Origin: Haplodiscus bocki
Taxonomy: Eukaryota
Direction of reading: 5' to 3'
Length of the DNA stretch: 64,000 bases
Assembly (NCBI GenBank): GCA_965655095.1
Contig: OZ296656.1
Coordinates: forward strand, 14,322,001 to 14,386,000
Part shown: piece after piece, positions 1 to 10,984 of the stretch
Layout of the letters: each line of letters begins with the position of its first letter
Numbering within the stretch: position 1 is the first letter of the stretch
Notes under the pieces: generated by a model
The model's input: the letters and a program-made list of their open reading frames with translations, nothing else
What the model was told of the DNA's origin: nothing
Databases searched by the model: none
Made by a program: the position numbers and the translations under genes

Positions 1-611
1 GAATGGTCGAATTTTGTAGTTCGGCCTACAGATTGTCAGGATTATTTCAAAATCTTGACAGTTTATATGGACGGAAAAAACGAAGCCGAACATAAAACGC
101 TTGCTTGGCTCGCAGTGTTGAACATGAAAGTGTAAAAAGCAAATTGTCCAGGTGAATTAAAAGAAAAACTTGAATCAAACACCTTGACCACTCCAATGTG
201 GAGATGTTCGTTCACCTCCTGATTAGAATTTAATTCTCATGAGAGTTCCCAGACTTTTCATCAATTTTCCACTTTCTGCTACTTTTTCAGTCAGTCACTG
301 ATGTTACTATCGATTTCAGATAGTGGGACTGCCACGAGCCTAAACTCTATGTTTTTTTGTGATAATGGTAGACTTATCGAAACCCGGGTTTAATTCAGTT
401 CCGACTTGTTAAAACGTTCGTTTGACAATCTCTAAACTGTTATACTGAAAAAGTATCGGTAAGTTGTATCGCTGAGCCTAATGAATTAATTGATACTTTG
501 GAAATTTTCTATCGCTGGAAGGCAATACTTTTAGAAGTTTTTCAAAATCGTTTTTGAAAACGTGACACACTGTTTCAGTGACTTTTTCCAATCAAATATG
601 CTAGGCAAAAA

Positions 612-670
612 GTGCTACGAAATTAGCGTGAAGAATAGAGGCCCCTTGCGGGGTCTCATTATCGTAGCAC
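612..670. other. Nested inverted repeat / possible stem-loop
   Basis: GTGCTACGA (612-620) is the exact reverse complement of TCGTAGCAC (662-670); inside lies GAGGCCCC-TTGC-GGGGTCTC (638-657), an 8-bp stem with one G-T pair. Function unknown. Confidence 0.45.
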
Positions 671-3600
671 CAGAAACAAATGCCACATTCCGAGACTTCC
701 AAATGGAAACATAATCACCATATGACTAGCTTTGAATAAAAAATAAAACAACGTTAAAGCTCAAAATAAACGTTGAAATGCAGATAAATAACAGTAGGAT
801 GCATGTCTTCCAACTCCATGTTGCATTTGAAGCTGAAAAAAAACTGACTTTGAAAGAAAAGCAAATAAAAAAGGTGGAAAATTTTAGCAAATTGGTTATT
901 TACGCTCCCCAAATAGATTTTTACTAAAAATTGCTGAAATTCTAGACATTGACCGAAAAAAATATAGGTAATGTTTGAAATTGGAGCAAAATACCTGATT
1001 TGCCAAATAGAAAAGCAGAAATTCAAAAAAAACTGGTTCAGGTAAAATTGTCTTTATCGATATAATATGGTCTTGTAGCGAAAAGAAGATTGATCTGGAT
1101 ATCATAAGTGACATAAATCGGGAATCTCCACGAGCTCTGATTGACTAGGCAGCAGTGAAAGACACCAAATCTCCTTGAAAAATTCAAAATTCCGACAAAT
1201 GTCTCAGTTTATCTTATAGTATCAGGGCAAGATAGATTTGAAGCTTAAGGTCGAATTCGAAAGGGAAGAGTGAAAATTTTGTGAAGAAAAATGTCAAAAT
1301 TGAATGCATCGTCGGCTGATTTTAATTAAAGACACTAACAGCACCATTTTGACGAAAGATTTAAAGTTCAGAGTAAGTTTCCACATTCATCCCCTTTCAT
1401 CGAAGTTGGCTGGATGCGTAGTTATGAAATCAATTTGAAGGGCGGAGAGGTGCAAAACTATGCGATAATGTCACGGGATCTTTTATTGCTGACTCGAAAA
1501 CACTGGAGATGACATTTTTCACCGTATCCTCCTTCTGTAATGACCAAACATAGATCGTTTTCATTGGAGCTTGTTTTTATAGACTTTGCTTTCTTTTACA
1601 GAAAATCAAAGTAAAACCACAATAATGAAGTCTGTATTTTGCCACATGTATACTTCTGTGGCGCATTAGCTTTTCGATAAAAAGTCAATATGGAAGGCAA
1701 AAATGGATTTTTTTTGGAAAAAATAGCGACTTTTGCCCTACTTTAAAACACTGCGAAAGCTAATTTCCGGAATTTCGAAATTCTGAAAATCTTCAACGTT
1801 TAACGATTCCTATTGGTTTGTGCTCCATGTCTATAGAAAAAAGATCATTCAGACAGCAAAACAGCGAAAATTCCCAAAAAAAACGAAAATTTAACGAAGA
1901 ATGCATTTAGAAATTTAGATAAAGGAGGGCTAGTTGACGTGTCCTTTTAGCTGCCACAAGTGATTGCACTGTAATCAATTACTGTAAGTAAATATCACTG
2001 TCAGTAATTACACTGCAAGCACCAGTGGTGAGGTTATAAGCAAGGGTGGCAGAATAGCCGATTTAGTTATGTCCGGTCTGAAAAAAAAATGTTATTTTGT
2101 ACCTATAATTACAATGTCTTCTGCCTTCAGCTTCGATTTAACAAAATGGAATTGACCGAAGTTCACGAAGATTAATCGGTATTTCTGAGAAAGCGAAATT
2201 GGGATGGGCATGAGGTGATAAAATTCAGACTATTTGAATCGCTGCTACTTGAAAGCAAACTGGTCACCGTTCGCTCTAGCTTGAAAAGGAAAAAGAAATA
2301 GAAAAGAATGAAAATAAAGACACGCTCGTTGGTTCTAAGAATTAGGATTAGTTTACATCTTTTCGCTTAGCTGGCCTGTCACGTATTAATTTGCGAAAAA
2401 AGTAAAATCCATATACTTTCAGCTAAAGCTCAATGCCTTACAAAGTAACGCTTCGCACAACATCCTACTTTTCCAATTTATGTTCCAAAAGCTGCCTTAT
2501 GTTGCCTTACTGACAAAAGAGTCATCTCAACCAATAACCTGCTCCAAAAATAACCTAAATTTTCCAAATATCAACTTTGCGCTGAGAACAAGAGACCGAA
2601 AATACTCTCATAAGTCTTCGCGTTTTTTACAATCAGTTAAGTTCAATGCTCTTCTACTTCCAATGCAATTACGGGATGATAGTAATTCATTTTGTACAAA
2701 ACTATCAAAACCCCTTTTGGGGAATTATAAAGACAGCAGAGCCATCGAATAATTCTGACGTATGTATGTGTTATTATTACTAATAATATTGTTATTCTTA
2801 ATGTCATGTAATTACACTATTCACAATTTGGTAACTGATACGAAGACGAAAACAGCTGTTTTTCTTCGACTATTGAAATGCTGTAAGACTTATGCGTTTG
2901 AAAGAGCATATTTGCCTGATCAGAAAGTTGGAGTTTTCGTTTAAGTATGATTTGTTTTTATTCGAGCCTTTTTTCTGTCAGTTTAGATTTTCGGAAACGG
3001 AATTTGAAAGCTCGTTTAAATCCAGCTTGTAAGTTGTACTGAAGTTCCGTAAATTAGCGATGTAATGATGCAGATAGGAGGGAGAGTCGAGGGTGATTAG
3101 TTGCACCCAGGATTGGAAGACCAAAAATCTGACAATGAGACTTCAAATGTCATTCATGCGCGGCAGATACCGACAAATCTAAATGGGCCAACAGTTTTAG
3201 CGGTCACTCGAAGCGAAAACAGTAAACAATGAATTGACTAGATAAATTACGTCAAAAAATAACAGCGCACAAGAAAAGCGCAACATCATTTCATTCTATA
3301 CGAAGGAAAATAGCCACAACTTTGCATCAGCGTCGAACACAGCTTATCTCCCATCATTTAGCCCAAATCAGCTTTCATGCATGTACGGGGCTTCCAATGC
3401 GATAACAAATTTTGAAGAGTCAATACCACAATGTGAGGAATTTAGTAAAACTTCATTTCACTTCTAAATCACAAATAACGTTTCCTTACGCCAGCATAAG
3501 GCCTCAGTGATAGCCTTCTGACAGATACCAATTTTTAAAATCCGTCGAATATCGTTTTTTTCTCGATGAAGCTACTATCTCAAGTATCACCCCCAGATTT

Positions 3601-3811
3601 GGTCTGCCTCCAAAAAATTAAACCTCCCAAAAAGTCCCTCCACTCATGTTTCCAATTGAATCTTGTGCCTGTTAAGATAAGGAAGTTGATAATTCGTGGT
3701 CGAAGCTGCTGCATATTAAACTATTTCGGACAGATCATGAGGAACATCAATTCTAAATTCAAGTTTAAAATCAGTTCATTTCAATTTTTGCGAAAACAGG
3801 AGCTAAGCTCT

Positions 3812-5415
3812 TTAAATTCCTAGTGCAGAATCAATATCAATTCCGTCTCCGCTGGCAACGGTGCCTGCAACAACACTAGACGCTATTTTAGATTTTGAAA
3901 TTTGCGAAACACCTGTTGCGTCGCTCATTTCGATATCGTTCACTTTATTTGATTCGGTAACATTCATCTTCGTACTCTGATCTCCATACGCAGAGTCCTC
4001 GATTTCATCACGTGTTGGGGTATGTCCACCGCCATTTAGATCCACGACAATCGAGTTGTGACCATTCTCACTAGCAGATACAACAGCTACGTCATTACTT
4101 TCTTGGACCTCCATAGCTGTTTCGTGATTGGTGGAAGTTTCAGTCGGTTGGGGTTCGCTGCTGCCTCTCATAAAAAAGTATTGCACGGCCGGTTTGTTAG
4201 CCCCGATCAACTTCTCTTTTGTTTTTTCTTCTGATTTAGTAGACGAAGAATCATCAGGGGTGGGTTTGGGGTCTGCGGTGTCATTTTTCGTGACGCCATT
4301 GACATGGTTGATGATGTCATTTTGTTCACTTAAGGTTGTTTGTGATTGGTTACCGTCTGGTTCATCAGCTGGGGGCGCAACTTTCTCATCAGCTTGAACA
4401 ACTACTTCAGAACCAGTTTTGTCACTTTTGCCGGCAGTCGGTTCAGCGCTATTTGCATCCCCACTAAGTTCTATGTAACTAGTTTTGGTGGAATCTTTTT
4501 CAAGTGAAGATGCTGCGACAGTTGCTGAAACTTGGGACCCTTCAGACGCTTGGGAAGCAGTTTTGTTCTGTTGAGGGGTAACTTCACTGTGCCGTTTTTT
4601 ACGCTCTTCTTGCAATTTAGACGACAGCTGCTCCGAAACATCAGTATTTGATGTAACTAAAGACTTCATTATATTGAACAACTCTTCTGCTCTTTGCTGT
4701 ACCGCGTCATCCTTTTTATATTTGCGAATTTTTTTGACTGAAATAAAAACATCCGGATTTTTCCTAAGATTGTCACTAGTAAGGTAGTCTTTCATTTCAT
4801 TCAAACAGGTGACCGCTCTTTCGTGGTTTAGACATTTCTGTGATAATGATTTCATCAACTCAAAGTGTAACTTATCCAAAATTTTATCTGATGCAAGTTT
4901 GTTCACATCTGGTATAATATCACTGGTTCGTTTCACGCCTGAATCGCCACCGTGTCTCCCAGACTTATTGCCGCCCGCACTACTTTCGTCATTGGAGCTG
5001 TCAGATTCTTCTATGATTGATCGTCTGTTGAATTTGGACTCTGTGTTTTTCGCGGCTTGGGCTGCTTCGTTTTTCTGCTGCCTTTCCCTGTCTAGTTTTT
5101 CCTGATGTTTATCCAATTTCTTCTTCAACTTGTTTTTCGACGAAAGCGGACTTTTTTCCTTCTTTCTTTCTTTTCTGTCTTCTCTGTTCTGCTCTTTCTT
5201 TGATTCCTTGCTACTCGTGCTCTTCTCTTCGGACCTGGGACCTTCGTCAGTTTTTGTAGCTGCCTTATCGGGTGAGTCGTCTTGTTTGGTGTCCTTCTTC
5301 GGAACAGAAACTACTTCTTCCTTCTCTTCTACAGTTGCTTTGTCTTTATCGTCACTCCCTTCTTTTTCTTTATTAGTTTCTTTCTCCCTATTTACTTTTT
5401 CTGATTTGTCGCTCA
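3812..5415 (-). CDS. HDGF-related protein 2 / LEDGF(PSIP1)-like gene, last coding exon: charged linker, integrase-binding-domain (IBD, TFIIS-N-like) fold at ~4665-4890, long disordered C-tail
   Basis: 539-codon ORF; LDKLHFELMKSLSQKCLNHERAVTCLNEM...ISVKKIRKYKKDDAVQQRAEELFNIMKSL matches the LEDGF IBD pattern ([29 protein letters not shown]...TTLKKIRRFK...STMLYNKFKNM). Acceptor GATTTTTCAG| ends at 5416; phase 1 matches the upstream exon; TAA stop at 3814-3812. Confidence 0.9.
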
Positions 5416-6217
5416 CTGAAAAATCATTCAAAAAGTTAAGCCAACAGCCTTATTAGATGATTTAAATTTAAAGCAATCTTTGATTAAAGTGGAAAATATT
5501 ATTCTTCTATAAACTTTTGAAAACCAATTCCAGAAAATTTTCAATTCTCCGCGACTTAACGTCACGTGCTCGATCCCTTAACCAATGACCAAAGTCAAAA
5601 AACAAAATATTTTTCAAATTTATAATTCCAAACGTAAGAAATTTTTTTCTTGCTGATAAATTTTAGCTATTGTGAAATCTGATGTCTTAACTAGTATTTC
5701 CCGCTGTTCATTTCTTCCAAATAGGGTTAACGTCAAAAGGGCTTCTGCCTGCTGTCAGCCCTGGGTAGGTAATTGTTATATTTAATTTGTTTCAAATTAT
5801 TGTGATAAATATGAGCCTTACTGGAAATTGAAGCAAATAAATTTCTTTAAAAAGATACAAGATGTGCGGCAAACTACCGGATATTTTCCGCCTTCCAAAT
5901 TAGGAAACAAACGTTCAAAAATTTGTAATTCAGAGATAATGTCAGAAACATGTTCAGAAATTGCTTGAATGTCAAAAATTAGTTTTTTAAAAAAAACCTA
6001 TTTTTAGTCATAAAACAATTTTTTGGGAAAGACTTATAATGGACCCATTCTACAAAAATGGAGCAATTTGGTGAAATACGAAACTTGAAATTTTTAACAT
6101 TCGTGCAATTTTTGCTGATCGTGTAATTGACAGATTTGTCATTTTTTTAAAAAAAAAACAACTGTGGAGAGACTTCCTCTCTTCCATAGATACGGGCGCA
6201 AATAAAACAAAAGTTAC

Positions 6218-6425
6218 TTGTATCAGCTTCTTTCTTCTTCTCTGATTTACTTTCGTTTTCGTCGCTTTCGCTCAAGAAGGCTGCCAGGTTAGATTCTGCT
6301 TGAGCACTGTCAATTTTCTCTTCTTCCGCCTTTTTCTGAGAAACAACAGTCGAATCTTTTTCAGACTTCTCCGCAAATTTTTTCAGCGCTTCCTCTTCAT
6401 CACTAGAGTTCGCAGTCTTCTTCAC
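6218..6425 (-). CDS. HDGF-related/LEDGF-like gene, middle coding exon (208 nt, K/E/S-rich)
   Basis: Acceptor GATTTCAG| then GTG AAG AAG ACT (phase 0, matches exon 1); donor ACAA|GTAACT at 6217 (phase 1, matches last exon). Same low-complexity composition as flanking exons. Confidence 0.85.
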
Positions 6426-6659
6426 CTGAAATCAACACATGGCTCTATTTTTTTCATGTTTTCAAAACCTTGAAAGCCCCTTTCGTGTTTCCTCTAATTA
6501 CTAAATTAGGAGTTGTGTATTTAACACAAATTCCGAATTGTTTGAAAATGCTTCACTGAAAGGCAAATCAGCAATAATCGCCGAGACAGATTACAGCTAA
6601 GAAATTTTTTTCTCCGTACAATTTAGGTTTATTTTAACTGAGGAGAATTCTGTCACCCT

Positions 6660-8460
6660 ATAGTAGAGTAGTAGTAGGTCAGACTTTAGGGCTTCAGGCC
6701 CAGGAGTGTTTGCCACCTATCAGAGTTTTGGTTTGTCACAGTCCGTAGATAGTATAGGGTATACGTTGCAGTTTTCAAACTTGTGCAGGATGTCCATGTG
6801 CATGTGTCCAGTTCATTGTATTTGTCGATGATCAATTTTGCCAGTGGACAGCCGTGATTTTTTTCTCGTTCGGTAGGCGCGTGTCGTGAATTTTTATTGA
6901 TCTCCTGACAATGTTCATCAGCAGGGCCGATCTATGAAAGAAGTTGTTGGTTTCTTGCAGTCTTGACTTGTGGATTTTAGTTTTTGTCGCCTCTTTTCTT
7001 GTGTACTGGTTTTCTGTTTGGCTTACGGAGTTTTTGATTTGCAGATCTTGCTGTCCGAGCATGAGCTTTGTGAGGTACAGTACGTCATGCATTTCGATGT
7101 ACAGGGTAACAGGTAAGAGATTGAGTTTTATAATTCTGCTCTTATATGTTTCATTTCCTCCAATTATCCATCTTGTAGGTACGGATTGTACCTGTTCTTT
7201 TGTTTTTTTTTGCGAGCTGCGATTCGCATATTCAGGCTGCCATGCGTAAGTAAGAATTGGCTCCACATAGCCGTGTAGATGTGCGTTTTCAGAGCAGTGT
7301 TACTGTGCTTGATCAGGTTGAGTCGGATGCTGAAAAACGCTCCAAGATTGCTGTCCCACGTGAGATGATTAGAGATAATTACACCGAGGTCTCTAGTGGA
7401 TTCTGGGTGATCGAGGTCAACTCCGCTCAACTGGGCTTTTGCTCTTCCTTTGAAATCTAAAATTGAACACTTTTTGGCATTCAACTCCATCGAGTTGTCA
7501 GAGCACCATTTGTCAAGGGCAGTAGTGCCCCTCTTCATTGTTTCGTCATCAGTAACAAGCATTTTGAAATCATCGGCGAATGCATAACACCCGATGCCAG
7601 GTAGGTGTTCAGGTAGATCGTTGATGAATACTAGGAACATTAGACGCCCCATGATGGATCCCTGAAGGACTCCACTGGTTACTGGTCGTGATTTGGAAGT
7701 GCTTTTATTCATCTTCACATACTGGGAACGATTAGTTAGATATGATGCCAAGAGGTTGAGCAGTTTACCACCGGTTTCATATTTCCGCAACTTTTTGATG
7801 AGAGGCAGGTCTGGCACTTTGTCGAACGTCTTTGAAAAGGCAGTGTACAAGCTGGCCAATGTAATTTCTTTTTAGTCGTACAGGGTATACACTTTGTCGA
7901 GATAGATAAGTAGTTGCGTGCAGGCTGACCGATGCTTTCTGAAACCGAATTGCCTGCCGTGTAATGATCGTTGATTGAACTGCATAGTTCATGAAAAGGC
8001 TATTTTTCGATATGTTGCATAGGACGCTGATTGGGCGGTATTTTCTGATATTACACGTGTCGCCGTCCTTGTGGATGGGTGTCATCCGACTCAGTTTTCA
8101 CTGCTCGGGAAATGTTTTTTTGTTAATTATCGTTGGAAAAGATTAGCTTCACAGATTTCAAAAGACTAGGAGCTGCGTTGGCAAGTACGTAGTTTCCGAG
8201 TCCATCCGGCCGCTTTGACTTTGTTGATTTCAGGTTTTGCAAACAGGAAAGGACGCTGTTGTCATCAAGCTGAACTCGATTGACTGTCTGATTCTCGATT
8301 GTGGGGATGGTTTCGAAGTTTTTTTCTGCATTGAAAACACTGGTGAAGAATTTATCATGGAAAAAATCAGCAATTTCCAGTTGTTTTTGCTCTCCCAGTG
8401 GACCGTGAGATCCCTTGAAGCTCACAAGGCACTAGTTTGTGACTGAATTCTCTCGTCTTG
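6660..8460 (-). mobile_element. Decayed non-LTR retrotransposon (CR1/L2/Jockey-group-like) reverse transcriptase and 3' end; no endonuclease domain present
   Basis: Frameshifted RT motifs in order: KSKRPDGL, TPIHKDGD..NIRKYRPISVL, FSKTFDKVP, SYLTNRSQYV, TSGVLQGSIMG, FLVFINDLP, FADD (~7569-7580), RDLGVIIS, LNLLPVTLYIEMHD. Ends in a short trinucleotide tail. Confidence 0.92.
6661..6677 (-). repeat. (TAC)n-like 3' tail of the LINE
   Basis: TAGTAGAGTAGTAGTAG on +, about 100-170 bp beyond the end of RT coding; short tandem tails are typical of CR1/L2-type elements. Confidence 0.65.
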
Positions 8461-8574
8461 AGGATTTTCTTATCGAATAGTTTCAGATAAAGTAAAATAC
8501 TGCTGTGTGGCCTCTAGAGCACACTTGGGCAGCCTTCATTACAGAAGGATTTCAGAGACATGTGAAGACATTTC

Positions 8575-9139
8575 ATGAGGAGACACTCCTTTAAAACATC
8601 ACCCAATCGAATCCTTTTTGATGCGGAGTCTCAATTGTGGAAAGTTGTCCACCCAAGTATCAACAGCCTCAGCATCAGTGGTGGACGAATCAGTAACTTA
8701 CTTGACTACATCCCGCGGAAGAATCAGTACGATACAGTGTTGTTCATTGGAGCAAACGGTTTGTTCCAGAAGAACGGCACCATTCCTGTCCGTTGCCCCA
8801 GCAGTGTTGCCGGGGAACTCAACCAGCTGGGAAACACCTGTGCTGACCGCGCAAAGAAAGTCTACATCTTTGGTCTTCCGCCCAGCACAAAAGCAGTCAA
8901 CGAGGTGCTGGCGTCAAATAAAAGCTTAAATTGGGACTACATAGGCATGTCCAAGCACATCTACAGCAAGCAACATGCCCAGGGACGACGTGCATCTTAT
9001 CGAAGTTGCCTTGGTAGGCTTTAAAAAGCTCTTCACGGACAAGGTGCAATACAAGAGGTTCTCATCAGCAGTACACGCAGCGGCTCATTTAAACGAGTAC
9101 AACTGTGAAACCGTCTGCACTTGTGGTTGCCATTATTGA
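8575..9139 (+). pseudogene. SGNH/GDSL esterase-like ORF of probable retroelement origin, one frameshift near 8980
   Basis: Four SGNH blocks in order: ILFDAESQL (I), SISGGRI (II), LFIGANGL (III), and in the +1 frame RDDVHL (V, 8981-8998), plus VYIFGLPP; the shifted frame stays open to CETVCTCGCHY-stop at 9139. Confidence 0.75.
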
Positions 9140-9313
9140 TCTTGTCACCAGCTCCTCTGAGGTGTCACAAGTGAGAGCAAGAAATTTGCAACCCTCTTCT
9201 GTCTTCCCTTCAATCCCCATCGTTCCCACTCACTCTGAAGCTGTTTAAACTGACTACAATTTACAACTCTCAATGTAATCGCAGCGCAGTGTAAATAAAA
9301 ACGGACCCAAAAA

Positions 9314-9849
9314 ATGTGAAAAAGTTGAAACACCTGCAAGGCCAAAATTCAGGGGGACATCTTTCATTGTCTCCTCTGTGAGAAAACTCTCCATCTGACT
9401 CCCAATTGCACGGGTTTCACGAAAGATGAAATCACAGTCCCAGCTAAACTCGAGAACTTGAAGCACGGATGCAACGGCTGCACTGGAAAACCAATACCTC
9501 AGGCAAAAGAAACCGATAAAGGCCTTGAACAAAAAAATCTCCGAAATCGATCAGAAAGTAGACAAGAATCAAAATGACTGCCTAAAATTGATTGAAATCA
9601 AAATCAACGTGCAAAAAGTCGCGAACAAGCTTACCTTCTCGGGAAAAAGTAGGGTCAGAAAAAGCTGGACAACGAATATTTGTTCCAGAAATCGAGAAAA
9701 CTAAAGTTCTTGGAATCAACTTTCGCGGCGTACCGAAATCTGTTCAAAAGGTTCTTGACCACATAAATGTCAAAGGTGAACTCATGAACTGCAAGAGACT
9801 TGAGAAACCAGATCGTAAACACGATGTCTGTTGGCTATTAGTTGTCTAG
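9314..9849 (+). pseudogene. LINE ORF1-like remnant: PHD-type Zn finger, coiled coil, RRM-like start
   Basis: M*KS*NTCKAKIQGDIFHCLLCEKTLHLTPNCTG...GCNGC gives C4HC3-like spacing if TGA at 9326 was Cys; then with frameshifts LNKKISEIDQKVDKNQNDCLKL (heptad-like) and LGINFRGVPK...VLDHINV...CKRLEK, as in non-LTR ORF1 proteins. Confidence 0.7.
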
Positions 9850-9886
9850 AAAACCAGATGGTAAACACGATGTCTGTTGGCTATTA
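9805..9886 (+). repeat. 36-bp direct duplication (period 46) at the end of the ORF1 remnant
   Basis: AAACCAGAT(C/G)GTAAACACGATGTCTGTTGGCTATTA at 9805-9840 and 9851-9886, one mismatch. Confidence 0.9.
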
Positions 9887-10156
9887 ATAAGTTCGACGAA
9901 AATAAACTTTCCACAGAAATCTCAAAATTACACGCTAAGTCATTGCTCCACGAACTAAAACTTTCAGCCGCACGTTCAGTAATGATTTAATGATGTTGTC
10001 GGAAATTCAAAGCTTATCCCTCAATAATTGTTATAATACAATCCCGAACAATCAAATCAATCACAACAATAAATTTGTTGTCAACTATTGTTGGCTTCAA
10101 TTAATACTTGCACATCTATGACAACACTTGCTAACGCATAAATAAAGGTGACTAAC

Positions 10157-10984
10157 TTTTGGCGGTTTTTTCTGGACATCTTTTGGCTTCAACGTAGGCA
10201 CGATGGAGCTCTGTTTGATCTCACTTTTGATCGATTTTGTTGGGCTGGCTGCAGAAGGAGTTTTTGGAATGAAGGTAGCACTAGCTTTTGGAGATTTCTT
10301 GGGCACCGACGCCGTGAGTTTGGCAAACTTTTTCTCAGCCTCATCATCACTTGAAGATGACACGTTGGCGTTCTCAACTTCACTTCCGGAAGAACTGGAT
10401 GCTTTACGCTTTCTTGGTTTAGAGAGCTTCACTTTAGCTTGAGCGGTTTTCTTCTTATTGGATGCTTGCTTGCGTCGCTCTTTTTTCTTTTTCTCAAAGT
10501 CCGAGTCCGAGCTTGAGCTGCTACTAGAACTAGAGCCTGATTCGCTTCCCGAGGAGTCGGTATCCGAGGAATCAGCACCAGCACCAAGGTCCCCCATTTC
10601 GTCATCTGACAGTGTTGGAGGAACAATTGGGTTGTATTTATTAACTTCTTGGAGATTTGGAGCAGCTGTTATTCCAGGAAGAGGTGCATCTCTTTTCACA
10701 TTAGGGTCATTTTCTACTTCCCACAGACTGTCAGTGAAATAAACCGTATCTCGTTCAGCGAACCACATTTTATTGTTTTCATCATTCCATTGGAAAAGCT
10801 CATGCGTCGCCATAATTGCAGTTTCATGGGTTCCATAGAAGAAAATTAAATAGTATCCAGGCGGGATTTTCTTCCTTTCACGGACATTTTTGGCTTCTTC
10901 CACTCGCCCTGGCCAATGAGGATAACCAGGAAGCTTTGCCCAAACTTTGTCACCAGTTTTGAACTCAACCTCTTCCTCAGCCAT
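10157..10984 (-). CDS. HDGF-related/LEDGF-like gene, first coding exon: PWWP (HATH-type) domain plus S/D- and K-rich linker
   Basis: FKTGDKVWAKLPGYPHWPGRV...YLIFFYGTHETA...LWEVENDPNVK closely follows the HDGF/LEDGF PWWP pattern. ATG at 10984 preferred (in-frame ATG at 11029 is an alternative); donor AAA|GTTAGT at 10156, phase 0. Exons sum to 2640 nt (879 aa plus stop). Confidence 0.93.

Noticed and set aside
1967-2019. About four degenerate ~15-bp repeats (CACTGTAA...)
   Set aside because: Too short and degenerate to interpret; probably slippage.
754-3823. Short ORFs of 60-90 aa downstream of the gene
   Set aside because: No recognisable motifs or coherent exon chain; expected by chance.
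4128-10849. Plus-strand ORFs overlapping the exons and the RT
   Set aside because: Antisense shadows of real coding sequence; the 8575 and 9592 ORFs are treated separately.
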